Part shown: positions 24,513 through 33,988 of the stretch, in pieces
Layout: every line of letters starts with the position of its first letter
Numbering within the stretch: the first letter of the stretch is position 1
Notes under the pieces: model-generated
Databases searched by the model: none
The model's input: only the letters and a program-made list of their open reading frames with translations
Told to the model about the DNA's origin: nothing
Assembly (NCBI GenBank): GCA_016283195.1
Contig: JAEEML010000009.1
Span: 1-34,513 of the forward strand
Origin: Deltaproteobacteria bacterium
GTDB taxonomy: Bacteria; JAEEML01
DNA length: 34,513 nt
Direction of reading: 5' to 3'
Made by a program: the position numbers and the translations under genes

Positions 24513-25902
24513 TCTCTTTAACCCAGGCGGCTACCAGTTCTTTAAATTTTTGGCCGCGCACTTCAAAATTCGGAAATTGATCATAACTGCTACAAGCCGG
24601 CGAAAGTAAAATCTCATCACCAGGCGCCGCCGCTTTAATAGCGGCTTTAAGGGCCTCATCCATGGTGGTAACCACTTCTACCGGCACGGCATCTTGCAAA
24701 GCATCCGCGATGAGCCCGGCGGCGGCACCAAAGAGTACAGCTTTTTTCACCTTGCCGGGTGCCGCCGCCCTGGTGGCCAAATAGCCGCCGCCTTTATCTT
24801 TGCCGCCGGCGAGGAGAATTACCGGGCCTTTTAGGGCTTTTAGCGCCGTGGCCGTAGCCTGGTCGGATGTAGCTTTGGAATCATTATAAAATTTTAGGCC
24901 GGAGGCACCCTCTAGCGGCTCCAGGCGGTGTTCTATGCCTTTAAAAGTGGGGTAACTTGCCTTAATGGCGGCAGCCTCGGCGCCGGCGAGCAAAGCCGCA
25001 CTGATAGCGGCGGCGGCGTTTAAATGGTTGTGCGCGCCGACCAGTATGGGGTGTTTTAGGTCAAAAGCCACATCTTTTACCCCCGGAAGGCCGCTTATTG
25101 TGAGCTCGTCGCCTTTAACGAGAGCGCCGGGCACACAAAGATTAGAGGTGCCAAAATGGATCTTTTGCGGCGCGGTATCTTTGGCCAGAGCGAGCACATT
25201 TTCATCATCGGCGCCGATAATGGCCAAATCACCGGGCCCCATGAGTTCCAAAAGGCGCCTTTTGGCCGCTCCGTACTCGGCCATGGAGGGGTAGCGATCC
25301 AGATGATTGGGCGTCAAATTTAGCCAAAGAGCAATATGCGGGTGAAAATGGCGCGTTGTCTCCAGCTGAAAACTGGAGCACTCAATCACTGCCTGCTCAT
25401 ATTTTTCGCCGCTCATAAGAGCCCGCGAAAGCGGTGTGCCGATATTACCGCCGACAAAAGTCTTAAAACCGGCGCCGCTTAAAAGATGACCGATGAGCGA
25501 AGTTGTGGTGGTTTTGCCGTTGGAGCCGGTGATGGCAATAATATTGCCCTTAAAAAAGTTACTGGCCCACTCGAGTTCGCCCACTACCGGCACTCCGGCC
25601 GCTTTAGCGGCTTTGATGGGAGCTATATCTTCGGGAATACCCGGCGAGAGGATAACTAAATCAGCGCCGGTAAAGTATTTTTCATCATGTCCGCCCAGGT
25701 TGTAAGTAATGCCGCACTTAGCCTCAAGCTCATGTAAGTCCAGCTTTTCGTAGGGGGTGCGATCGCTCACTGTCACATCCATTTTTAAGCTATGACAAAA
25801 GAGCGCGGCGGCAATACCGCTCTTCCCAAGGCCGCAAACGGTTACTTTTTTACAAATCGGCGCCGCCAGTATAGCAGCTATTTTTTCTTCAATATTAGCC
25901 AT
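24505..25902 (-). CDS. murD: UDP-N-acetylmuramoyl-L-alanine--D-glutamate ligase
   Basis: GLGKSG, SPG, ITGSNGKTTTT, ECSSFQLE, HLDRY, NDSKAT and SPACSSYDQF. ATG 25902 overlaps the mraY stop (TAATG). Confidence 0.97.
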   Translation of the reverse strand: MANIEEKIAAILAAPICKKVTVCGLGKSGIAAALFCHSLKMDVTVSDRTPYEKLDLHELEAKCGITYNLGGHDEKYFTGADLVILSPGIPEDIAPIKAAKAAGVPVVGELEWASNFFKGNIIAITGSNGKTTTTSLIGHLLSGAGFKTFVGGNIGTPLSRALMSGEKYEQAVIECSSFQLETTRHFHPHIALWLNLTPNHLDRYPSMAEYGAAKRRLLELMGPGDLAIIGADDENVLALAKDTAPQKIHFGTSNLCVPGALVKGDELTISGLPGVKDVAFDLKHPILVGAHNHLNAAAAISAALLAGAEAAAIKASYPTFKGIEHRLEPLEGASGLKFYNDSKATSDQATATALKALKGPVILLAGGKDKGGGYLATRAAAPGKVKKAVLFGAAAGLIADALQDAVPVEVVTTMDEALKAAIKAAAPGDEILLSPACSSYDQFPNFEVRGQKFKELVAAWVKENG

Positions 25903-27032
25903 TAACGCACCTTTAGTGAAGCCACGGCCAGCATAGCCAGCATGATGGAAATAAGCCAAAAGCGCACAATAATCTTGGGCTCGGCCCAGCCTTTTAATTC
26001 AAAATGGTGATGCACCGGAGCCATTTTAAAAATGCGCTTGCCGGTGAGCTTGAAACTGGCCACCTGCGTGATAACCGAAAGAGCTTCCATCACAAAAATG
26101 CCATGGATAATCACCGACAAAAATTCATTTTTGGTGAATACAGCCACCGCCCCGAGAGCGCCGCCCAAAGCGAGGCTGCCCACATCGCCCATAAAAACAG
26201 TAGCCGGATAGGTGTTGTACCACAAAAAGCCGAGGCCCGATCCGGCCATGGCGGCACAAAATATGGCCAGCTCCGAAGTGCCCACCATGTGGGGAATTTT
26301 TAAATAATAAGCAATATTAAAATCGGCCAGGACACTGCCGGCAGCATAAGAAAGAATAAGGAAAGTGAGTGCGCTGACAATAGTTGGCCCAATGGCCAGA
26401 CCATCGAGACCATCGGTTAAATTGAGAGCATTGGAAGTAGCGATAATCACTAAAAAAGCAAAAGGTACATAGCCCCACCAGGTGATATCGGGATGAAAAG
26501 TCTTCACCGCAATAAAAGGAAAGGAGATGCGGCTATCAATGGGCAGCGTTTGCAAAAAAGGAATAAGCCCCTGAGACTGGGCCCAAACTAAAAGAGCAAC
26601 AAGGCTAAGCACTATTAATTCAAAGATAATTTTAAAGCGCCCTGGTAAGCCTTTGGAATTTTTATAACGCACCTTGCGGTAATCATCGATAAAGCCTATG
26701 GCCCCAAAGCCCAGCGTAATGAGCATAACGGCAATAACAAAACCGTTGGAAAGATCGGCCCAGAGCAAAGTAGAAAGGAGTAGCGAAAAAAGCATAAAGA
26801 GCCCGCCCATGGTAGGTGTGCCGCTTTTGCTTTTATGGCGCTCCGGGGTATCTTCGCGCACATTGCTGACGCCATATTGTAATTTTTTTAAATAATTAAT
26901 AAATTTTGGGAAGAACAAAAACATTATCAAAAGAGAGGTAATAGCTGCGCCGATAATACGAAAAGAGGGATAACGAAAAACATTAAAAGCACTGATATGA
27001 GCGGCCAGGGGCCATAGTAAATGATACAGCAT
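25902..27032 (-). CDS. mraY: Phospho-N-acetylmuramoyl-pentapeptide transferase
   Basis: GTPTMGG, GFIDDY, NLTDGLDGLA, FMGDVGSL and MAPVHHHFE. Confidence 0.97.
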   Translation of the reverse strand: MLYHLLWPLAAHISAFNVFRYPSFRIIGAAITSLLIMFLFFPKFINYLKKLQYGVSNVREDTPERHKSKSGTPTMGGLFMLFSLLLSTLLWADLSNGFVIAVMLITLGFGAIGFIDDYRKVRYKNSKGLPGRFKIIFELIVLSLVALLVWAQSQGLIPFLQTLPIDSRISFPFIAVKTFHPDITWWGYVPFAFLVIIATSNALNLTDGLDGLAIGPTIVSALTFLILSYAAGSVLADFNIAYYLKIPHMVGTSELAIFCAAMAGSGLGFLWYNTYPATVFMGDVGSLALGGALGAVAVFTKNEFLSVIIHGIFVMEALSVITQVASFKLTGKRIFKMAPVHHHFELKGWAEPKIIVRFWLISIMLAMLAVASLKVR

Positions 27033-27046
27033 CTTATATTACCTCA

Positions 27047-29935
27047 TCAGCCATTTTGCGCCATAAGCGCTGCTATAACCTTTTCCATTTGCGCCGAGCG
27101 CGAACCTTTAACCAAAAGAAAACTACCGGCAGGCACCAGCTCTTTAATTTTTTGAGCTGCCTCTTCGTGGCTCGCCGCCCGCACGATTTTCAAGCGACTC
27201 CCCGCCTTCTCTTCAGCTCCGTCGGCAATAAAAAAGCTCTTTTCGCCAACAACAAAAAGATAAGCAAAATCACGGGCAGCAATCCAGTGCCCAAGATCTT
27301 TATGGAGCGCCTTAGAAGAAGTACCGAGCTCGCCCATGTGGCCGAGAATAAGCGCCGTCTTAGCCCCTTTAGCCATGGAGAGCAGCGTAGCCGCCGAAGC
27401 CTTGATGGAAGCCGGGTTGGCATTATAAGTGTCGTCAACCACAGTGTAACCGGCTACCTCCTTAACCGCAAGACGCCCGCCCGGGAGGCTCATGGCGGCG
27501 AGGCCGGCAGCCGCTTTTTGCCCCGGAATATTTAAGGCATAAGCGGCGGCTAAAGCAGCGGTGCAATTTATAAGATTGTGGCTGCCGGGGATGGGCAGCG
27601 TAACGGTTATTTCGTCTTTTCCGTAGCGATAACGGCCAGTTACCGAATAGCCATCATCAGCTGTCATTTTGAGGAGGGCCACTGCGGCCTCTTGGTTATC
27701 AGTAGCGGCGTAAAACACTTTTTTAGTAGCCGCGCTGCGCTGGGCTTCCTCGGGGATAAAGGGCTCGCTGATATTTATAAGCAGCGTGCCGCTCTTTTTC
27801 AGATGGGCGAAAATAGCGCCCTTTTCATGGGCAATGCCTTCCAAAGAGCCGAGGCCCTCAAGATGCACCGGGCGGATATTGGTAATGAGAGCCAAATCGG
27901 GCTCGGCAATAGCCGCCAGGCGGGCAATTTCGCCGTGACCGGAAGTGCCCATTTCAATAACCGCCACTTTGGCGCCGTGCGGCAAGGCCAAAAGTGAGAG
28001 CGGTACGCCGATGTGGTTATTAAGATTGCCCTGAGTTTTATAAGGTGTGCCTAGAGCGGCCGCCAGCATCTCTTTAGTAGTGGTTTTGCCCACCGATCCG
28101 GTGAGGCCAACTATAGTGAACTCGTGCTTATTTCTGTACCAGTGGGCAAGTTCCCCAAGGGCCGTTAAAGTATCGGGCACCGCAATGAGCGGCAGTCCCT
28201 TAGGCAGCTCGGATAATGCGCTCTCGTTCACCATAGCGGCGGCAAACCCGCCGGAGAGCGCTTTTTCCACAAAGGCATGGCCATCGAAATTATCGCCCTT
28301 TAGAGCCACAAAAAGCGCTCCGGCGCCGGCTTTACGCGAATCTGTGGCTACACCGCTCACCTCTTTGGGCAAAGTGCCAAAAACTTTGGCTCCTGTTAAA
28401 GCCGGTAGAGCTTCGGCCAAATTGATAGCTTTTGAGCCAAAGGTGGCCAAAATGGCTTCCCGCGCCACTTCCTGGTCGCTAAAGTGGTGCTTTTCGTGGC
28501 CGATGATTTGGTAATCCTCATGCCCTTTGCCGGCTATCAGCACCAAATCAGCGGGCGTGGCCACTTTTATGGCCAGGCGAATAGCTTTGGCGCGGTCGCT
28601 TTCCACTATGTAGCCGTCTTCGCGGCCGGAGCTCTTAGGTTTGCCGCCGGCGAGCACCCCGGGCATGATCATATCAATGATCTTTTGCGGATCTTCGGTG
28701 CGCGGATTATCAGAGGTCACCACGGCCAAATCGGCTTTTTCGGCCACTTCGCGGCCCATAATGGGCCTCTTGGTATTGTCGCGATCGCCGCCGCAGCCAA
28801 AGACGCAAATAAGGCGCCTCGGATTAAGGCTTTTCACACAAGCCAGAGCTCTGGCCAGAGCATCGGGAGTATGAGCATAATCAACCAAAACCGTAGGCTG
28901 CTTTAAGCCTTCTAATCTAACTTGCTCCAGGCGCCCGGGCACCAAAGAAAGAGCGTTTATGCCCCGGCTAATCTCAGCCGGAGTAAAACCGGCTTCATAA
29001 GCTAAAGCACTGGCCATTAAAATATTATCGAGATTAAATTGGCCCATCAGCGGCGAATCTATCTCAATTTTTTCATTATTTATAAAAACAGGCCCTTTAA
29101 TGCCCCTAATGGAGAGCTCCATAGCGCCGGCATGAACAGCAGCTCTCTTATCGAGAGCGCTAACAGTCAAAAGGCCCTCTTTTAATTCTTCTGCCAGGCG
29201 GCGGCCGTGGGCATCATCAATATTTACGGCGGCGTTTTTGGGAGCCAGCTCGGTAAAAAGGCGCTTTTTGGCCTTAAAATAGCTTTCCAAATCGTGGTGA
29301 TAATCGAGATGATCCTGAGTTAAATTGGAAAAGCCGGCAGCCGTAAAAGTAATGCCGTCAACGCGGTATTGATCGAGAGCATGTGAAGATACTTCCATAA
29401 AGAGGTACTCCACTCCAGCTAAAGTCATCTCAGCCAAAAGATTTTGCAAATAGTCAGCCGGCGGCGTGGTGTGGCTGGAGGGCAAATTTTCACCATTTAT
29501 GCGATAAGAAACAGTGCCGATAACACCCACTTTTTTGCCGGCCGTTCTGGCAATACTTTCGAGCAAATAGGTTGTGGTGGTTTTGCCGTTGGTGCCGGTG
29601 ATACCAACTACTTTCATTTTCCGCGCCGGCTGGCCGTTAAAAGCGGCAGCTGCCAAAGCAAAAGCCCGGCGGATATTCTTTACTTTTATGAGCGGCCCGG
29701 TCGATCCTTTGTAAGCGGAATCGCTACTTATAACCGCCGCAGCGGCCCCGGCCTGAAAAGCCTTTTCGATAAAAGCTTCGCCGTTTATCGCTGTACCAGG
29801 CAGTGCAAAAAAGAGAGAGCCGGGCACTACCTGGCGGGAATCGCCGGTAACCAGAGTAATAGCCTTGCTATCAGGCAAAATGCTAGTAAGTTCATCTTTA
29901 TCAATAAGATCTTTTAATTTCATAGTGCTTGCCAT
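27047..29935 (-). CDS. murE-murF: Bifunctional MurE (meso-DAP type) - MurF fusion ligase
   Basis: N-half: DSR, GTNGKTTT, MEVSSH, DHLDYH, DYAHTPD, SDNPR, AGKGHE. C-half: second DSR, TGSVGKTTTKE, NLNNHIG, DDTYNANP, KGSR. One uninterrupted 962-aa frame. Confidence 0.95.
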   Translation of the reverse strand: MASTMKLKDLIDKDELTSILPDSKAITLVTGDSRQVVPGSLFFALPGTAINGEAFIEKAFQAGAAAAVISSDSAYKGSTGPLIKVKNIRRAFALAAAAFNGQPARKMKVVGITGTNGKTTTTYLLESIARTAGKKVGVIGTVSYRINGENLPSSHTTPPADYLQNLLAEMTLAGVEYLFMEVSSHALDQYRVDGITFTAAGFSNLTQDHLDYHHDLESYFKAKKRLFTELAPKNAAVNIDDAHGRRLAEELKEGLLTVSALDKRAAVHAGAMELSIRGIKGPVFINNEKIEIDSPLMGQFNLDNILMASALAYEAGFTPAEISRGINALSLVPGRLEQVRLEGLKQPTVLVDYAHTPDALARALACVKSLNPRRLICVFGCGGDRDNTKRPIMGREVAEKADLAVVTSDNPRTEDPQKIIDMIMPGVLAGGKPKSSGREDGYIVESDRAKAIRLAIKVATPADLVLIAGKGHEDYQIIGHEKHHFSDQEVAREAILATFGSKAINLAEALPALTGAKVFGTLPKEVSGVATDSRKAGAGALFVALKGDNFDGHAFVEKALSGGFAAAMVNESALSELPKGLPLIAVPDTLTALGELAHWYRNKHEFTIVGLTGSVGKTTTKEMLAAALGTPYKTQGNLNNHIGVPLSLLALPHGAKVAVIEMGTSGHGEIARLAAIAEPDLALITNIRPVHLEGLGSLEGIAHEKGAIFAHLKKSGTLLINISEPFIPEEAQRSAATKKVFYAATDNQEAAVALLKMTADDGYSVTGRYRYGKDEITVTLPIPGSHNLINCTAALAAAYALNIPGQKAAAGLAAMSLPGGRLAVKEVAGYTVVDDTYNANPASIKASAATLLSMAKGAKTALILGHMGELGTSSKALHKDLGHWIAARDFAYLFVVGEKSFFIADGAEEKAGSRLKIVRAASHEEAAQKIKELVPAGSFLLVKGSRSAQMEKVIAALMAQNG

Positions 29936-29943
29936 TTTATTTT

Positions 29944-31941
29944 TTAATTCCTGTTATTATCCGGCGCCGGTTCGCAATAAAGCACCACATTTTTTATACC
30001 TGCCAGCGGCGTACCCGCTGCCGGTTCCTGCTTTACCACCAGGCCGCTGCCGTTTATCTGCACCGTCGTCTTGGGCGGCAAAATTTTACTTAAGGAAACT
30101 AAAGCGGTATGCGCCGATTGTTTATTTAGAGAGGGCAATTGCCCTTTTTGCACCGGGACTTCCGGCTCTTCCTCAATTTCCAGCTGAATAGGCGCATCGC
30201 GCTCGGAGAGAGAGCGGCTCAATTTAGCAATGGCTCTTTTCATGCTCATATTGCGGGTAGCCGGCACCAAAAGAGCTTTTAGAGAAGCTTCGGCCACTTC
30301 TTTAAAGACAGGTGCCGAAACAGTGCCGCCCTGGTGCTCCCCCTGAGGCTCGTCAATATTGACAATTATGGCCACTTGCGGGTTTTCTATCGGGGCAAAG
30401 CCGGCAAAAAGCGCCATATAAAGCTCTTGCGAATAACCGCCGGCCGGATCGGATTTTTGCGCCGTACCGGTTTTGCCGGCCGAGCTGTATTCGGCTAGCG
30501 CTGCCCGCCGCCCGGTACCGCGCTGCACCACTTCGCCGAGCATTTTTTGCAATTTCTTAGCATTTGCCTTGGAGATAACCTGGCGTCCCTCAGCTACTTT
30601 TTCCCCTTTGATAATTTTTGGAGGATTATAATAACCGTCGTTAGCAATAGCGGCATAGGCCATCGCCAGTTGTAAAGTGGTCACAGCCACGCCCTGACCG
30701 AAACTGATATTGGCAAATTGGATATCGGCCCATTTATCCGGCCGCGACAAAATACCGCCTATTTCACCTTGCAAATTAATGCCGGTTTTAGCTCCAAAGC
30801 CTAATTTTTTGAGTATTTTGTAAAACTCATCGCGCCCTACGGTCATGGCCATAGTGGCCGCGCCAACATTGCTGGAATAAACCAGCACATCGGTGGCAGT
30901 CATGTTTTTATGCGGGTGCAAATCCTTTACCCAATAATGATTAACCCGCATGGGCGTTGGATCGGAGAGCATCACCCTGTCCGGATCGAGATGGGGATCT
31001 TTTTCCAAAAAAGCCGCCGCCGAAAATGTTTTAAAAACAGAGCCGGGCTCAAAAACATCGGTAATAGCCTTGTTACGCCGAGCTGCAGTCGGCACATCGC
31101 CCGGATTATTGGGATCATAGCTGGGCGCATTGGCCATAGCCAGAATTTCGCCGCTTTTTACATCCACCACCACCACGCTGCCACCCAAGGCGCCGGAACT
31201 ATCAACCGCTTTATTCAGAGCTTCTTCGGCCGCATGCTGAATAGTGGCGTCTATAGTGAGAGTAAGGGGCTCGCCGTCCAGCTTGCTATCAATGTCATCC
31301 TGAGCACTGCGCACCAGGCGACCTTTGCCATCGCGCATAACTTCGAGAGTTTTTTTCTTGGCCGTAAGTTTACTGTTAAAGCGCTTTTCCACCCCTTCAA
31401 GGCCGTTATTATCAATATCCACAAAGCCTAAAATATGGCTGGCCATCTTCTTTTTAGGATAAAAACGCTTGCCTTCCTTAATAGTGCCAATGCCGCGTAT
31501 TTTTAGATTTTGCACCCGCCGCGCCGTATCTTCATCAACATGACGCTTAATCCAAACAAAGCCTAAATCTTTGGCTAACTTATTGAAAATATAACGATTA
31601 TCCATATCAAGAACATTAGCCAGCTGCTTAGCTGCTTCGCGGGGTTTACCGATAGAAGAAGGGTCGGCATAAACAGAATCAACCTGCGTAGAAATAGCTA
31701 AAAGCGTATTGTTGCGGTCATAAATACGCCCGCGGGCGCCGTTTAATTCCATTTGGCGTTTTTGCTGCTGGGCGGCCATTTGGCGCAAAGAACTGCTCTC
31801 AAAAATTTGGATGCGGGTTAAGCGCACGGTGACAATAATAAAAGCGAGAGCCAGGAGAAGAGCCATGAGCAGAACACGGCGCAAAAAGAGCAGCGTTTTA
31901 GCGCTATCTTCGCCAATTGTTATGCTATCAGGCCGTTTCAT
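29944..31941 (-). CDS. ftsI: Class B penicillin-binding protein FtsI (PBP3) with C-terminal PASTA-like region
   Basis: RGRIYDRN, R.YP, G.EG.E, EPGSVFK (SxxK), SSN and KTGTAQK. Confidence 0.95.
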   Translation of the reverse strand: MKRPDSITIGEDSAKTLLFLRRVLLMALLLALAFIIVTVRLTRIQIFESSSLRQMAAQQQKRQMELNGARGRIYDRNNTLLAISTQVDSVYADPSSIGKPREAAKQLANVLDMDNRYIFNKLAKDLGFVWIKRHVDEDTARRVQNLKIRGIGTIKEGKRFYPKKKMASHILGFVDIDNNGLEGVEKRFNSKLTAKKKTLEVMRDGKGRLVRSAQDDIDSKLDGEPLTLTIDATIQHAAEEALNKAVDSSGALGGSVVVVDVKSGEILAMANAPSYDPNNPGDVPTAARRNKAITDVFEPGSVFKTFSAAAFLEKDPHLDPDRVMLSDPTPMRVNHYWVKDLHPHKNMTATDVLVYSSNVGAATMAMTVGRDEFYKILKKLGFGAKTGINLQGEIGGILSRPDKWADIQFANISFGQGVAVTTLQLAMAYAAIANDGYYNPPKIIKGEKVAEGRQVISKANAKKLQKMLGEVVQRGTGRRAALAEYSSAGKTGTAQKSDPAGGYSQELYMALFAGFAPIENPQVAIIVNIDEPQGEHQGGTVSAPVFKEVAEASLKALLVPATRNMSMKRAIAKLSRSLSERDAPIQLEIEEEPEVPVQKGQLPSLNKQSAHTALVSLSKILPPKTTVQINGSGLVVKQEPAAGTPLAGIKNVVLYCEPAPDNNRN

Positions 31942-32309
31942 GGTTCAAGCTCCGGCAGAACATCTGGTGCTGCGGTTTTAGTTTTTTGCCCCTCTTTAGC
32001 CATTTTACCGTCACTTTTGATAATCTGATCGGCCCGGGGCGGCTCCATGTGATGGATACGTAAGGCGGCGGTTTTAAGGCGATCCGGGTCCCTATATTCT
32101 TCTATTTCCCGCTCCAAACCGGTGCGGGTAAGCAAAAGTTCATGGCGCTCTTTGAGTAAATCACTGGCCTCATATTCCAAAGACATTATGCGATAATGCA
32201 CCCAAACCCGAGCCACCAGGACCGAGCCGATAATGGCAAAGAAAAAGAGCGGCACCAAAAGCTCAGCTAAAACATACCAGCGACTTTTGGCAGGAGAAAG
32301 CGAGCTCAT
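31938..32309 (-). CDS. ftsL: Cell division protein FtsL-like
   Basis: Single TM followed by a leucine heptad coiled coil and a P.RL..A...M..P motif. ATGA-coupled between rsmH and ftsI. Confidence 0.72.
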   Translation of the reverse strand: MSSLSPAKSRWYVLAELLVPLFFFAIIGSVLVARVWVHYRIMSLEYEASDLLKERHELLLTRTGLEREIEEYRDPDRLKTAALRIHHMEPPRADQIIKSDGKMAKEGQKTKTAAPDVLPELEP

Positions 32310-33256
32310 GGCACCTCCCTCAGCATTTCTACCGCTCTTAGCGTCGCCGAACGGGCCCGATGGTTATTAAGAAGCTCTTCCTCGCCGGGCAAAATGCCTT
32401 TTTTGGTTAAAAGACGGGCCATAGGCTTACCGCCGCAGGTACAAACCGGCTGTTTTGGCGGGCAGGTACAATTCACTGTTAATCTTCTAAGTCCTTGCTT
32501 TACATGACGATCTTCCAGTGAATGAAAGCTGATAACCGCCAGGCGCCCACCTATTTTTAAACAGCTTGGGGCCTTAGCCAATAGAGTATCAATGGCCTCC
32601 AGTTCACCATTTACCGCCATTCTAAGGGCCAAAAAAATGCGCTTTGTCGGATCTTTTTTTCCTGGGTGCGGCATAGATATTTTTTGTATAAGTTCAGCCA
32701 GTTCGCCGGTTGTAAGCTCCGGACGCTCGCCAGCCAGTTTTTTCATTTCTCTGGCTAAAAGCCGGGCCTCGCGCGGCTTTTCATCAACAGCCATAAAAAG
32801 CGTGGCCAATTGATATTCATCAATGGTGCGCAATAAATCGGCCGCGCTCATAGCGGCATCCGGCCCCATGCGCATATCCAAAAAACCGTTATTTTTGGCT
32901 GAAAAGCCCCGCTCTTCGGCCAAGAGCTGGTGAGTAGAAACACCGAGATCGGCTAAAATTCCATCCACTTTAAGGATATTCATAGCCGCTAAATGCTCTT
33001 TTAGAGAGCTGAAATTATCATTCACCAAAGTGAGGCGTCCGGCGGAATTATTTAATAAATCCTGGCCATGCGCTATGGCCTCCGGATCGCGATCAAAAGC
33101 GATAAGCCGCCCATCAGGGCCAAGTTTTTCCAGTATCGCCGCGCTATGACCGCCGCCGCCGAAAGTGGCATCGACATATATACCACTGGGCTTTATGGCC
33201 AATATGTCCACTGCTTCCCGCAGCAACACAGAGGTATGGGCGGTATATTCTTCCAT
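32306..33256 (-). CDS. rsmH: 16S rRNA m4C1402 methyltransferase RsmH
   Basis: HTSVLL, DATFGGGGHS, DLGVS, LDMRM, ISFHSLEDR and RARSA. Confidence 0.97.
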   Translation of the reverse strand: MEEYTAHTSVLLREAVDILAIKPSGIYVDATFGGGGHSAAILEKLGPDGRLIAFDRDPEAIAHGQDLLNNSAGRLTLVNDNFSSLKEHLAAMNILKVDGILADLGVSTHQLLAEERGFSAKNNGFLDMRMGPDAAMSAADLLRTIDEYQLATLFMAVDEKPREARLLAREMKKLAGERPELTTGELAELIQKISMPHPGKKDPTKRIFLALRMAVNGELEAIDTLLAKAPSCLKIGGRLAVISFHSLEDRHVKQGLRRLTVNCTCPPKQPVCTCGGKPMARLLTKKGILPGEEELLNNHRARSATLRAVEMLREVP

Positions 33257-33257
33257 C

Positions 33258-33701
33258 TTAGAGTCCCAGAGCTGTCAAATCATCCAAAAGTTCCAGCGCA
33301 TCACGCTGAGCAGTGCGCCACGACTCATAAGCAGCTTTATTCCAGAGCTCTAAATTATCGATCATCCCCACCCATAGAACTTCTTTTTCCAAAGAGGCAT
33401 GGGCGCGGTGCGTCATGGGGATAATAAGCCGCCCGTGGCTATCAAGGGAACACTCCATGGCTGGGGCCACAAAAAAGCGTTTTAAAAGAGTAATACGCTT
33501 ATCAAATTGCGGCTTTTCACTGATTTTGGTAAGCAGTTTTTGCCAAGTGGAGAGAGGATAAAGTTGCAAACAGGGATCGCTGTAATGAGTAGTAATAATA
33601 ACGCTCTCGGAGCCATCTTGCTGGCAGAGCTCACGCAGACGGGCCGGCAGGCTGATGCGCCCCTTTTCGTCTATTGTATGCTCATAAATACCACTAAACA
33701 T
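33258..33701 (-). CDS. mraZ: Division/cell wall cluster transcriptional repressor MraZ
   Basis: MFSG..HTIDEKGRISLP, LDSHGRLIIP, ELW; first gene of the dcw cluster. Confidence 0.96.
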   Translation of the reverse strand: MFSGIYEHTIDEKGRISLPARLRELCQQDGSESVIITTHYSDPCLQLYPLSTWQKLLTKISEKPQFDKRITLLKRFFVAPAMECSLDSHGRLIIPMTHRAHASLEKEVLWVGMIDNLELWNKAAYESWRTAQRDALELLDDLTALGL

Positions 33702-33726
33702 GACTTCCCCGCCACCGGCCGTTTAG

Positions 33727-33779
33727 GATCCACTTTGATCCACTTTTTGGGAATATATACCACTCACAACCAGCGTCAA
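33727..33779 (-). promoter_or_regulatory. dcw promoter with MraZ-box-like GTGG repeats
   Basis: Minus strand TTGACG (33779-33774), 16-bp spacer, TATATT. Tandem AAAGTGGATC x2 (33727-33746), and a third GTGG exactly 20 bp further upstream (33760-33763). Confidence 0.65.
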
Positions 33780-33988
33780 GGGCAAAATTAAGGAGCGCAG
33801 GGGAGAAAACGCTTCCGTTCTCATAAAGCCCGCCGCAGGCGGGCGATCGCGCAAATTTTCCAAAAATTTTCCAGGCCAACCTGCATATTGCTCTTGAAAA
33901 GGCATAATATAAAAGCTAGCCTGTATATTAGGTCTTGAAAAGACCTAAGCGCGAAAATCGGTTCGCCTTTCCAAGTTTGAGGTGCAGA

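Noticed and set aside
32425..32475. CTC...CTC Cys motif in RsmH as a novel metal site
   Set aside because: This C-terminal Cys insert is common in RsmH from many Firmicutes and deltaproteobacteria.
348..33905. Numerous short overlapping or antisense ORFs in the six-frame track
   Set aside because: They lie within or across well-supported genes and show no recognisable motifs.
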